DNA of 64,000 nucleotides from Candidatus Eiseniibacteriota bacterium (GTDB lineage: Bacteria; Eisenbacteria; RBG-16-71-46; JABDJR01): positions 1 through 64,000 of the forward strand of contig CAWANH010000029.1 in the NCBI GenBank assembly GCA_963783375.1. The letters are read 5' to 3'. The number at the start of each line of letters is the position of its first letter. Positions within the stretch are counted from its first letter, which is position 1. This document shows, in pieces, positions 1 to 9,556 of the stretch. A program made the position numbers and the translations under genes. The notes beneath the pieces are model-generated. The model searched no databases. It worked only from the letters and a program-made list of their open reading frames with translations, and was not told the origin of the DNA.

Positions 1-1
1 T

Positions 2-157
2 GCCGTCCGGTACGACCTTCGCTACTCACTCGACCAGCTCCCGCCCGCCTGAAACATCGCAACGCCCATGGACAGCCTGCCAGCACCCCGGCTGGCGGGG
101 GAAGCCGAGACCGCCGACCTGTTTCCCCTAAAGCAGAAGCAGGTCTACTACTTCAGC
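2..157 (+). pseudogene. Fibronectin type III-like domain remnant (in-frame TGA, 3'-truncated)
   Basis: Frame 2 reads AVRYDLRYSLDQLPPA*NIATPMDSLPAPRLAGEAETADLFPLKQKQVYYFS, matching the bacterial FN3 pattern YDLRYS...W..AT...P.P..AG..E...L...YYF. TGA at 50-52 sits where Trp is expected. The frame then runs into the antisense of the peptidase gene. Confidence 0.55.
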
Positions 158-1122
158 CAGATATCCTGCCAACTCGCACAAGTGACCAAGTCACCAAACC
201 ATTGGTGGGCCAATTCATGGGCGGCCGTCTTCTCATCCGCGAGACCGGCGTGGACCGTAGAGGATTGAATCAGTGTCGCAGATTGATGCTCCATGGATAG
301 GTTTGTCTCCGCTTCGCACATGGCGTACTTGTCGAAGGGATAAGGAACCAGGAGGCTATCGTAGTACGCAAGCATGTCCCCGACATGTTGAAAGGCAACA
401 CCGGCGTCCGTTGTGTCCTCGGGAAAGATGTACCAGGTTAACGGTGTGACCGAAGAGGGTTCGTGAATAACCGCGTAGTCCGACATGACGGCGCACATTA
501 GATATGTGGCGAGGGGGTGATCCTCGCGCCAGTGGTAGATTGAATCATTGCCGGCGGCTGTCGTGGAATCCAAAACGCCGTTGGACACCAGGATCATGTC
601 GTTCGGGACGCGGCCGTTGAGGGTAAGGGTCGCCTTGTCCCAGGGCACATCTCGGCATGGAAACCAGTAGTGAGCGTCTTCGGGCTCCGACAGCGTGTAG
701 GCTATGCTGTCCGCAGCATAGTAGCCGCGCGTGGTGGTACCGCCGTAGGAGATTGCAACGGTAACCGTGTCGCCTCGGGTCGGCGCAGGTACAACCGTGA
801 TGTCCAGGCCGGCCGTGTCCTGAGTAAACGATAGGGGTTGGCCTTGGCCGTCAGTCACTGTGCTGGCAGTGAGATCGTGCAGGTCGAGCTGGAGGACGTT
901 GTCCGGATCGCTCCCCCAAACGAGCGTTAGGGTGGCGGTTCCATTCAAGGAGGGCAAGGCCGGGTTGAAGGCAAGAGACAGGTCGTAATGCTGGACATCA
1001 ACCGGTGGGTCCTCTTCCGCGGCCGGCCAGTTGGAAAGAGGATTGGCGAGTAGGCAAGGATTGTGGAAATGGATGCATAGTGTTGTGAGAAGCAAGAAGA
1101 ACAGGATGGATTTCAGATGCAT
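148..1122 (-). pseudogene. Secreted M1-family aminopeptidase, C-terminally truncated
   Basis: Signal-peptide-like MHLKSILFFLLL; DVQHYDLSL; AHYWFPCRD; SMEH (GAMEN-like); AHELAHQWFGDLVT. Stops at DIWLK* where WLNEG, carrying the third zinc ligand, is expected. Confidence 0.8.
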
Positions 1123-1428
1123 CGCGCACCTCCAGTGAAAGGGTCTGTGCCGACAGCGTCGGCATCTTGTTCCCATACCCGCTCTCGGTCAAGAAGTAGG
1201 GGGGCTCGCCATCCAATGGGACCTTGTAATAGAGAGGGATTCTGACGTCAGCGCAAGTAGAGGCGCCGTATACGGTTAATGTGCGTGCTCGACAAGACGA
1301 TTCGCCCCTGACAACCCGACGTGCGTTGTCGCTTATCTGAATTTGGAAAGCGTTGGACATGTCTTCTCTAGCGTTCGACCGAGCCGAGGAGCATAGTGTG
1401 CTTGTCAGCTGCCCTGGGAGGTGACGTG

Positions 1429-2442
1429 ATGCGCACAGGTCCCATAGCCCTCTCGAAGTTTTCCTCGGCTCTTCGATCGCTCGTGGTACGCGGTGCGGTT
1501 GCTCTGGCTGCCCTTCTCCTTCTTCTGCCGACGGCCGCAGCGGCTTCCCCGGTCAAGCTCGCCGCCTACCTCACGAACTACTCCCCGCGCGAGGCTCCGA
1601 GCGAGGCGCTCGAAGGGATACCTTGTGGTTTGGAGGCTCAGAGCGGACGACTCCGGGGGGAGGTTGGAGAGACCTACTTTCTGTACATCGTTGCCTTGGG
1701 CGACGGCGCGGTGGATCTCAGGGCCATCTCTTTCGGTCTCGATTACCCGGGGACGGGCACCGGAGGCACAGTTGAGATCGCGAGATGGGAATCCTTTGCG
1801 GGGAGCCAGGTTCTCCGGGATGGTCCAGAGGGTGCCAGATGGCCCGAAGTGGGCTCGTCGGTCTTGCTCACCTTGGATCCCGAAAGTACACGAGGCATGG
1901 TCATTGGGGCGGGTGAGGGCCTCATCGTGGGCAGACTCACCGTTCGGGCGACGGGTCCGGGGACGGTCCGGATCGTTGGGGTCACACCCAACGGACACGT
2001 AGAGGCCCTCACCTCCAGTGAGAAGGGGCTGAAATTGCTGCCTGAGGAAGGTCTCGGATCGGTAGGGTTCGCTCTGGATGGGTACGACCCATGCAGTTCT
2101 CTGTACCTGGGTGCCCAGTCCGCGGGATCCCAGGCGGCGGTTATCGCGCCCACACTGCCGTTCGCGGTCTCCCAGGCATCCCCGAATCCCTCAGTCGGTT
2201 CGGCGCAGTGGCGGATCACGAGCGACCGGGAGCGGCGGGTCGACATCGAGGTCTACTCGGTTGCCGGGCGCCTGGTCCGGGAGTGGCCACGGTTGACTCT
2301 TCGTCCCGGAACGGCGCTCTTTACCTGGGACGGCTTGTCCGCCCCAGGCGTGCGGGCGGCAGGCGGGATCTACTTCCTCAGGCTCAAATCGGAGGGCGGG
2401 GAAGTGTTTGTCCGCGAAGTAGTACTGATCCCAGGATCGTGA
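1429..2442 (+). CDS. Secreted protein with C-terminal FlgD Ig-like (T9SS-CTD-like) domain
   Basis: GGGAGG SD before ATG 1429; signal peptide ending TAAAA; C-terminal PNPS...IEVYSVAGRLVR...WDG...AAGGIYFLRL. Confidence 0.75.
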   Translation: MRTGPIALSKFSSALRSLVVRGAVALAALLLLLPTAAAASPVKLAAYLTNYSPREAPSEALEGIPCGLEAQSGRLRGEVGETYFLYIVALGDGAVDLRAISFGLDYPGTGTGGTVEIARWESFAGSQVLRDGPEGARWPEVGSSVLLTLDPESTRGMVIGAGEGLIVGRLTVRATGPGTVRIVGVTPNGHVEALTSSEKGLKLLPEEGLGSVGFALDGYDPCSSLYLGAQSAGSQAAVIAPTLPFAVSQASPNPSVGSAQWRITSDRERRVDIEVYSVAGRLVREWPRLTLRPGTALFTWDGLSAPGVRAAGGIYFLRLKSEGGEVFVREVVLIPGS

Positions 2443-2454
2443 AGGGGTTGAGAC

Positions 2455-3102
2455 ATGCGCAAGACGGGGTTCATCTGGATCGTGCTCGTCTGGAGCCTTG
2501 TGGGGGTAGCGGCTCAAGCGGGCACTAACGACAACGCCAAGATCGCCGCCCACTTGCAGCTGCATTCGTCGAAGAGCTCATGCGAAGATTTCGTCGCCCC
2601 TCCATGCAACCAAGGATCGGCGACCGTCGTCGTCCATGGCAACCTTGGAACCGGGTACGACCTTTACCTCGTCGTGCTTGATGCCGACTCATCCGCAGGC
2701 GTATCAGCCGCCACCTTCGGAATCAGATACTCAGGAGCATCACAGGCCGGGGTTGATATCTTCTCATGGAGTCTATGCGCAGACATGGAGTTTACCGGTG
2801 GACCAGAGGGCGTGGCTTGGCCAGACTCCGGCTCAGGAACCATTATCGTTTGGGATCGAACGTCCTCATGCCAAAGACATCCAGTGTCAGGTGACGTCGA
2901 CGGCGGAGTCGCGGCCTTGCTTGGGATGTTCTATGTCTACGCCTACAGCGATGACGTGTTTGCAGTCACGAAGCGCGACTTCGTACCCACCCCAGGCTTC
3001 AGCGTGTGCGACTGCAGAGCAAAGGAACTCGAGTTGCCCTTCCCTGAGGCACGGGGCACCGTAGGATTCGGCAATCAAAGCGGGAGCGATCCATGCCAAT
3101 GA
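2455..3102 (+). CDS. Secreted Cys-rich hypothetical protein, paralogous to the N-terminal domain of 1429-2442
   Basis: Signal peptide ending AAQA; shares the motifs YxLYxVxL, AxxFGxxY, GPEGxxWPxxGS and GxVGF...GxDPC with the upstream gene. Confidence 0.75.
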   Translation: MRKTGFIWIVLVWSLVGVAAQAGTNDNAKIAAHLQLHSSKSSCEDFVAPPCNQGSATVVVHGNLGTGYDLYLVVLDADSSAGVSAATFGIRYSGASQAGVDIFSWSLCADMEFTGGPEGVAWPDSGSGTIIVWDRTSSCQRHPVSGDVDGGVAALLGMFYVYAYSDDVFAVTKRDFVPTPGFSVCDCRAKELELPFPEARGTVGFGNQSGSDPCQ

Positions 3103-3755
3103 AGAAATCTTCCAGCACGGTACTCGCAGTCCTGATAGCCGTCGCCTCTGCCGCTACCCTGACCGGGACGCTGGGGACCGCAAGTGGCTACGACTACGCG
3201 ATACCCGTGGTCATCATTTCTCCGCAGCAATCACCAGCTGCCTACGAAATCGTCCTTGAGGACTCCCTCGGTGACCCGATCGTTGGGGCCTCGGTCAAGC
3301 TCCACTTCCCTCCCGAGCTTGTCAGTACCCTATCCTTTTGCGACGTGCCTGACACTACCTGTGAACTGGTACTAGAGGACACCACTGGAAGCAATGGAGT
3401 CGCGACCTTCGCCGTCTACGGAGGTGGATGCTGGGATGAGGTCAGCGATCCAACACTCGGCTACATGGTAGCTGTCAGCGTGAATGATAGCATCGTGGCC
3501 TACCGTGGAGTGCGAAGTCCGGACATCGTCGATCTGAATCAAGAGCGGGCCGATCAACTCTGGTGCCAAAACCCACCTGAAGGTTCAAGTAGGGCGAGCG
3601 TTGGAACGGAAGATGCGGCATGGTTTGGGGAATTTATCGCCGATGGTGTTTATAGTCCATGTGCGGACATGGACGGAGACGGTAAGGTCAGTGCGGCTGA
3701 CGCCTCGACCCTAGCGCCTGCCTTGAAATACAGCGATGCGTGTGGTGGGCCATGA
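3099..3755 (+). CDS. Secreted protein with Ig-like region and C-terminal dockerin/EF-hand-like motif
   Basis: ATGA overlap with upstream stop; signal peptide; DSLGDPIVGASVKL...TGSNGVATF; C-terminal CADMDGDGKVSAADASTL. Confidence 0.65.
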   Translation: MKKSSSTVLAVLIAVASAATLTGTLGTASGYDYAIPVVIISPQQSPAAYEIVLEDSLGDPIVGASVKLHFPPELVSTLSFCDVPDTTCELVLEDTTGSNGVATFAVYGGGCWDEVSDPTLGYMVAVSVNDSIVAYRGVRSPDIVDLNQERADQLWCQNPPEGSSRASVGTEDAAWFGEFIADGVYSPCADMDGDGKVSAADASTLAPALKYSDACGGP

Positions 3756-4014
3756 GAAACCCTACCGTGAGCGGCACGGATTACCAGCCAGGCCGACAAG
3801 TCGTGCTATTCATGTGCCGGGTCCTGCACACCGTGCCCACGAGGATGGTCCCTCATGGTCCGATACCTGGACTGGACGCGGGCACGGACGGCATGTCCTT
3901 CAGTACCTCAACCCACTCCCTGATCTCGGATGTGGGGGGAAATCGACCCACTCCGCGAAACGGGTGTTTGCAAAGAGTCCGTCCCAGTATCCGCAGACTG
4001 TTGGAGACGCAACC

Positions 4015-5139
4015 ATGAAACGTACCTTCTTCCTGGCCTCAACAGGCCTAGTCGCTGGGCTCCTCTTTGCTTCGACAAGCACAGCTAGGGTCCTTAGGGT
4101 ACCGTCAACAGTCCCCACGATACCGGCGGCAATCGATTCGGCGGCAGCCGGGGACACAATCCTCGTCGCTCCAGGGACCTACTACGTCAACCTGGACACC
4201 GGTGGGAAGTGGCTTGTCATCTTGAGCGAGGCAGGTAGAGAGGAGACGATCCTGGACGGCAATAGGACCGGATCTGTGGTGGTGCTGGACGGAGGTGGAG
4301 TGATCGAGGGGTTCACTATCCAGAACGGATGGGCTGAACACTACGGGGGAGGAGTATTTGCCACTGATTATGGGCACGCACCCGCAGGAGGGCGCATTGA
4401 AGACTGCGCAATCCAGCACAATCAGGCCGGCACCTACGACGACGGTGGGGGTGGTGGAGTCTTCAGCGACCTCGGCTTCGGGCTCCTGATAAGGGGCTGC
4501 AAGATTGCCGACAATTATGCCGGTGTATTCGGCGGCGGCGTAACTACCGCTCGCGGGAGCGTGATCGACTGTGAAGTTCTGCGAAACGGATGCCATGTCT
4601 CAGGGGGCGGAATCGATGGTTGTTATGACATCAAGGACAGCCTCATCGCTGGAAACTGGTGCGATTGGTACGGGGCTGGTATTTGCAATCCAGGACGCGA
4701 GGTGATAAACAACACCATTGTCGGAAATCACAACACTGGCTATGGCGTTCAGGTAAACGGCATCTATGGCGGGGCTGGCACTATTGAGAAGAATGTGATC
4801 GCGTTCAATGTAAACCACCTGTTAGGTGACTCTGGCATAGGCGTAGCGGTTAGCCTTCAGGACTGCGTGTTCAGGTGTAATGATATATTTGGCCATCCGG
4901 ATGGAGATCTGGACTGCGGGATCGGTTGTGACACTACCGGGACCAACAATCTTTCGGCTGATCCCCTCTTCTGCGATCCAGAGAACGGTGACTACGGGAT
5001 CCGCAGTGATTCCCCCTGTCGCGCGGCGGAGAGCGATGGTTGTGGTCTCATAGGCGCTTTCGGGATTGGGTGTTTGTCAACGCCGGTCGAGAGGACGACG
5101 TGGGGAAGTCTCAAATTGCGATACGGGAGCGGCAGATGA
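4015..5139 (+). CDS. Secreted right-handed beta-helix (pectin lyase-like) protein with TWG tail
   Basis: GGAG SD; signal peptide; TIPAAIDSAAAGDTILVAPGTY; repeated GGG/N-rich coils; ADPLFCD...SDSPC; ends TPVERTTWGSLKLRYGSGR. Confidence 0.8.
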   Translation: MKRTFFLASTGLVAGLLFASTSTARVLRVPSTVPTIPAAIDSAAAGDTILVAPGTYYVNLDTGGKWLVILSEAGREETILDGNRTGSVVVLDGGGVIEGFTIQNGWAEHYGGGVFATDYGHAPAGGRIEDCAIQHNQAGTYDDGGGGGVFSDLGFGLLIRGCKIADNYAGVFGGGVTTARGSVIDCEVLRNGCHVSGGGIDGCYDIKDSLIAGNWCDWYGAGICNPGREVINNTIVGNHNTGYGVQVNGIYGGAGTIEKNVIAFNVNHLLGDSGIGVAVSLQDCVFRCNDIFGHPDGDLDCGIGCDTTGTNNLSADPLFCDPENGDYGIRSDSPCRAAESDGCGLIGAFGIGCLSTPVERTTWGSLKLRYGSGR

Positions 5140-7112
5140 ACCAACGGGCGGTCGTCACTACGATATTCATTCTCCTGGCAATCTGTATTCTTCCGCCGGC
5201 GATTTGGGCAAAGGATGACTATGGGTGCCCGGTGGAGGACCCTACCGCCTTCATGGCGCCGCTGACCGTCGACGGCGATACGATGGTAATTGCGATCCTG
5301 TTTGTCACGATAGATCCGGATAGTTTGACCTTACCCGCATGGGCTGATTCTGTTTCGCTGGATATCCGTGATTTTCTAGAGACGATGTCCGGCGGGCAAC
5401 AGGCAGTGCGATCATTTGTAGTACACAGACCAGAGCCAAGCGCAAATCTCGCTTGGCTTGTAACTGGCGTGCCGGATTGCAGTGAAGCGTATGGCTACGC
5501 CGAGGCTAATGCCAAGGCAATTGCCGCAGTTGACAGCGTATGGCCCGGCTACTGGGTTGCTGCGGACCACGTTGTTAACTTCATCGCTTGTGTATATCTC
5601 ACGTGTGTTGGTGGATGCGCTGGCGGGACTCTTGGTCTTGGCAATCTCGTGGATCCTGAAGTATATCCGCCAATGTCCACGGGATGCACGTTGACAATGA
5701 ACTTTGCCGAAGGCCGCAAGAATCCATTGGAAATTGCCATGATGCATGAATATGGTCATGGTCTGGGCGATGGAGGTAGCGAACCTGGTAAATTGCACTA
5801 TATGATACATCCCCCAGACACCTATAAGGGTAAACCCTGGAGCTACAAAGTTAATATGGGGCAATATATGCTGGTTATGAACAAGAGCTTTAAGGGTAAT
5901 CCCCGTTCTGAAGAGGGGCTGGTCCCATACATTCCGATGAATCTGCTTCTGGTCGGGAATACAAAGCGATGGTTGCCGGACCCAATTGTTGTAAGCAGTA
6001 ACAGATTCGACTTTGCTTTACCGGATCTCTACGGAACCCCTGCGAACAACCGGCGGATTGCGAAGCTGTTGTGCGCGGGAAGCAGCCAGTATTTTATAAT
6101 CGCGAATCATCAAGGACAAACAGCCTACGACTCAAAGTACGGTGGAAAGGGTCTTTCAATATGGCACATACTGCCTGACACTATCGCGGGGGTTAGGCAA
6201 CTTTATGACTTAGCTTGGGACCTTGAGGTTGCGAGTGGTAAGTGGTCTGTAGGCGTGGCGGATCCTGAAAGTGGGGTGGATAGTCTCGAAGCGGATTCGC
6301 TGTACACCGGAGGTGAAGGTGATTTGTTTTGTGGTGATGAAGGAGCTATGGAGTTCAATTGTAGGACAAATCCGAATTCTAATGCATACCGCTTTGGAGA
6401 TGATTTCTATAGCGCACAATCAACGCCCACACATGTTGAGATTAGGAACATTCATCGAGATCTTAGTGATACCACGGTTATGCGGATGGATATATTGTTT
6501 ACGCCCGTGCAAAAGGTGTTGCAACCTAATGGTGGTGAGGAAGTTGATTGGGGCGACACGGTGATTGTGGAATGGGATGTTCGGGAATGTGCCAGCGTGG
6601 ATGACGTTGGGATTTGGATTATCTCGGACAGTGGTCTAAGGGACTGTCTTGGGGTAGTGGGGAACACTGGCTCCTACTCGTTTCCGGTTCACGAACCATG
6701 CGGCGAGCAGTACCGCGTAGTAGTCGAGAGCTTCGGCCCTGACGGCACGGGGTACGCGGACAGCTCGGATGCGACGTTCACGATTAACTCTCCCTTGCAG
6801 CGAGTCCTTGAGCCAAACGGAGGGGCGGATTCTACGTATGCGCGGGGTGACGTGATGACGGTGCGGTGGGATGCCTGTGCAGATGCTCCGTTCGTTGATA
6901 TCTTTCTCACGGGAGGCTGCAGTGGCGAGGAACGGGTGCTTGCGACGGTGGAGAATTCGGGTACAGCGTACTTCAGGGTTCTGCAACCCGAGGGGAGTGA
7001 TTACAAGATTGGGGTGAGAACTGCTGTTCAAAACAACGTGTATGCCGACGAATCGGACGGGCCATTCAGAATAGAAGATCCCAGGATCTGCGGCATCCAG
7101 CAACAGCAGTAG
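5136..7112 (+). CDS. Secreted zinc metallopeptidase (M6/immune inhibitor A-like) with two PNGG Ig-like repeats
   Basis: ATGA overlap; signal peptide; HEYGHGLG zinc motif; QYFIIANHQ...YD...GLSIWHI; two repeats beginning VLQPNGGE / VLEPNGGA and ending DSSDATFTI / DESDGPFRI. Possibly 3'-truncated. Confidence 0.65.
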   Translation: MNQRAVVTTIFILLAICILPPAIWAKDDYGCPVEDPTAFMAPLTVDGDTMVIAILFVTIDPDSLTLPAWADSVSLDIRDFLETMSGGQQAVRSFVVHRPEPSANLAWLVTGVPDCSEAYGYAEANAKAIAAVDSVWPGYWVAADHVVNFIACVYLTCVGGCAGGTLGLGNLVDPEVYPPMSTGCTLTMNFAEGRKNPLEIAMMHEYGHGLGDGGSEPGKLHYMIHPPDTYKGKPWSYKVNMGQYMLVMNKSFKGNPRSEEGLVPYIPMNLLLVGNTKRWLPDPIVVSSNRFDFALPDLYGTPANNRRIAKLLCAGSSQYFIIANHQGQTAYDSKYGGKGLSIWHILPDTIAGVRQLYDLAWDLEVASGKWSVGVADPESGVDSLEADSLYTGGEGDLFCGDEGAMEFNCRTNPNSNAYRFGDDFYSAQSTPTHVEIRNIHRDLSDTTVMRMDILFTPVQKVLQPNGGEEVDWGDTVIVEWDVRECASVDDVGIWIISDSGLRDCLGVVGNTGSYSFPVHEPCGEQYRVVVESFGPDGTGYADSSDATFTINSPLQRVLEPNGGADSTYARGDVMTVRWDACADAPFVDIFLTGGCSGEERVLATVENSGTAYFRVLQPEGSDYKIGVRTAVQNNVYADESDGPFRIEDPRICGIQQQQ

Positions 7113-7593
7113 TTTCAGCGCTGATCAAGACATGCTCTTGTTCAGGAGCTGATCGAGCACTGTGGTGTCGAAGGCAGTACTTGGTCGGACCGTGACTCTC
7201 AAGCGGTCAGTGTTTGTCACATCACGCGCTGTGCTGCGTGTAAAAGAGCAGGCGTCACCTGGCGAGGCGATAGGGGTCAACGTTTCCTTCGTGCCCACCC
7301 GAAAACGCCCCGAAATCGAGGGACGCGCATGTACCCGCTTGAAATCGGACGAAATCGCGGCGCCGCTAATCTGTTGCCTGCAATGACTTGTAGACCCCCC
7401 CGAGCGGCGTGCAGCCTGACGGCTCCCACCGTCAACGTTTGTGCCCACTCGAAATGAGAAGAGGCCGCTCCTCCTGTCAGCATTACTCCCACAACCCAGG
7501 GGGGTTGCGAGCAACAACTGCACACCGGAAATCGGCCTTGGACGGCCGGAATTCACATCTTCCTGACAACTCGCCCAAAACCCGCGACCCCGC

Positions 7594-7617
7594 TAACCCA
7601 TTGATATCAATAGCTTA
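7594..7617. promoter_or_regulatory. Palindromic double IHF-consensus site
   Basis: TAACCCATTGATATCAATAGCTTA matches WATCAANNNNTTR on both strands, at the boundary of the lower-GC cluster. Confidence 0.4.
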
Positions 7618-7750
7618 TACGACCCGCCCGAACTTGAGTGCAGCCTACCGGAACCCACGAGTTGCGGGAGTGCATACTCAAGAGCCGCGCGCGATCCCCA
7701 CGAAGCAGCCAAAGCGGGCGGGCACCGCCCGGCCCGGCGGACTCCGCCGA

Positions 7751-8968
7751 TCAGGCGCTGACCACCGTCAATTCACCCTCGACCGCCTCGTTGACGGGAG
7801 TGTCGTAAGGATCCGCCGACGACTCGTCGGGCATCGGAACGGCGACCATTCTCGCGAGTTTGCCCGGAGCCAGCGACCCCGCCTGGTCCTCGAACCCCAG
7901 GGCGCGGGCGCCTCCCATCGTGGCCATGCCCACGATGGCCTCCGCGGGAGCCTGGGGCCAGAGCGCGCGCACCCGGCGCATTTCCCCCCAGATGCCAAGA
8001 TCCCGGTTGCTCGCCCGGCTGTCCGTCCCCAGACACAAACGAACTCCCCGCTCGAACATCGTCCGCACCGGGGGAGCGGGAAGGCCCAGGAACTCGTTGG
8101 AGCGGGGACAGAGGCAGAGGAATGCCCCCGAGTCCGCCACGCTCCCGATGTCGGTGGCGGTGAGATGGACGCCGTGGACCAGTAGGGCACGCGCATCCAA
8201 CGCGCCCGCCGCGGCCAGCATCGCCGCCGCCGGCTCTCCGGGAACCGGGAACCTCCCGTCCCATACTCCAAGGGATTCCAGGTACTTGCGAACCGGCCCG
8301 GTGCCCTCGGTGAGGAACCGGTCTTCACCGGGGGGCTCTCCGACGTGGCTGGACCAGCGCAAACCCCGATCCCGGCAGAGCGCCGCCATCTCCGCCCAGA
8401 GCGGCGGCCACACCGAGTAGGGGGCATGGGGGGAGAGGCCGGGGCGGACACCCCCGTCCGTCGGCAGGGCTCCGGCGCGCTCCACCGAGGCCTCGAACCG
8501 GGTCCGCCCCCGTTCCTCGCTCACCCCCAGGAACTCGAAGTACACCCGGGCCAGGATCCAGGGATCGGCGGCCAGCGCCGCCACCCCCTCCGCACGGGTC
8601 GTGATCTCGCCGACCAGCGCCGTCCCCAGCCTCCGGCACTCGGCCAGGCCCGCCTCCACCCCGGCCACGACCGCTTCCGGGCTCATCTCCGTCGCCGCCC
8701 GGGCGGTGCTTCCAAGCCAGCCGAAGAAGTCGCCCTCCCGCGCGCGCGGTTCGATCAGGGCGCTCAGCGAGAGGTGGGTGTGGGCGTTCACCAGGCCGGG
8801 CATGAGGATCGCGCGGCCGAGGTCGTGGACCTCGGCCTGGGGGGACGCGGCGAGCACCGCGGTCTCGGGGCCGACCGCGGTCACCCGGTCGCCGGAAACC
8901 GCCACCGCGCCGTGCGCGATCGGGGGGCTTACGATCGGCAGGACCCATCGGGCTCGATAGATCTTCAC
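7751..8968 (-). CDS. Amidohydrolase family protein (nucleoside deaminase-like)
   Basis: GGAGGAG SD before GTG; MPGLVNAHTHL; SPHAPYS; SHVGE; LVHGVHL; CPRSN; LGTDSRASN. Confidence 0.85.
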   Translation of the reverse strand: MKIYRARWVLPIVSPPIAHGAVAVSGDRVTAVGPETAVLAASPQAEVHDLGRAILMPGLVNAHTHLSLSALIEPRAREGDFFGWLGSTARAATEMSPEAVVAGVEAGLAECRRLGTALVGEITTRAEGVAALAADPWILARVYFEFLGVSEERGRTRFEASVERAGALPTDGGVRPGLSPHAPYSVWPPLWAEMAALCRDRGLRWSSHVGEPPGEDRFLTEGTGPVRKYLESLGVWDGRFPVPGEPAAAMLAAAGALDARALLVHGVHLTATDIGSVADSGAFLCLCPRSNEFLGLPAPPVRTMFERGVRLCLGTDSRASNRDLGIWGEMRRVRALWPQAPAEAIVGMATMGGARALGFEDQAGSLAPGKLARMVAVPMPDESSADPYDTPVNEAVEGELTVVSA

Positions 8969-9133
8969 ACTCTCCTCCACCGGCGCCGGGCCGGAAAGCC
9001 GCTCCACCTTGCCAGAGGGCGTGGGGGCGGGCAACGGGAGAACGGCGCACAATTCTCTGGCCTCCGGCCTGCCGCGCTTGTAACATATTGCCCCCTAACA
9101 TCTTGTATTCTGAAAGCGAGTGGAGTGGCCAGC

Positions 9134-9556
9134 ATGTCCGAACCGGCAGCCCCGCCCCCTGAGTGGGAGGCCCGCGAAGCGCAGCGGATCTACCGCGCGC
9201 TTTTCGGCGGGGCGATCCCCGAACCGGTGCGGGAGCGTTTCATCCGGGCCTCGCGCCGGCTCGACGCGTGCGCCGAGCCGTCCGACATGGCCACGTACCG
9301 CCGCGCCCTGGATCGGGTGGGTGACCTGGAGGCTCTGGAGATCGCCTGCCGGTACCGGCGGATGCTTCCCCTCCTCAGCCGGAAGTTCCGGGTCATGGTG
9401 GCCGTGGCCGAGACCGTGCCCGAAACCCAATCGCACTTCGTGAATGAACACTCGAGCCTCCTTCGCGGGCTCGCCGTGCTCGCCGCCGGAGGGTTCCGTT
9501 CGGTGGGAAAGCTGGCCAAGGGGCTGATGCTCCAGGGGAAGCTCGGCCGTGATTGA
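9134..9556 (+). CDS. Hypothetical protein
   Basis: GGAG SD; host-like codon usage; stop overlaps the start of the next gene. Confidence 0.6.
   Translation: MSEPAAPPPEWEAREAQRIYRALFGGAIPEPVRERFIRASRRLDACAEPSDMATYRRALDRVGDLEALEIACRYRRMLPLLSRKFRVMVAVAETVPETQSHFVNEHSSLLRGLAVLAAGGFRSVGKLAKGLMLQGKLGRD

Noticed and set aside
50-52. TGA recoding in the FN3 remnant
   Set aside because: It is a Trp position in a truncated gene, and TGA is the normal stop elsewhere in the window.
7125-7556. 143-aa minus-strand ORF
   Set aside because: No recognisable motif or RBS; cannot be supported.
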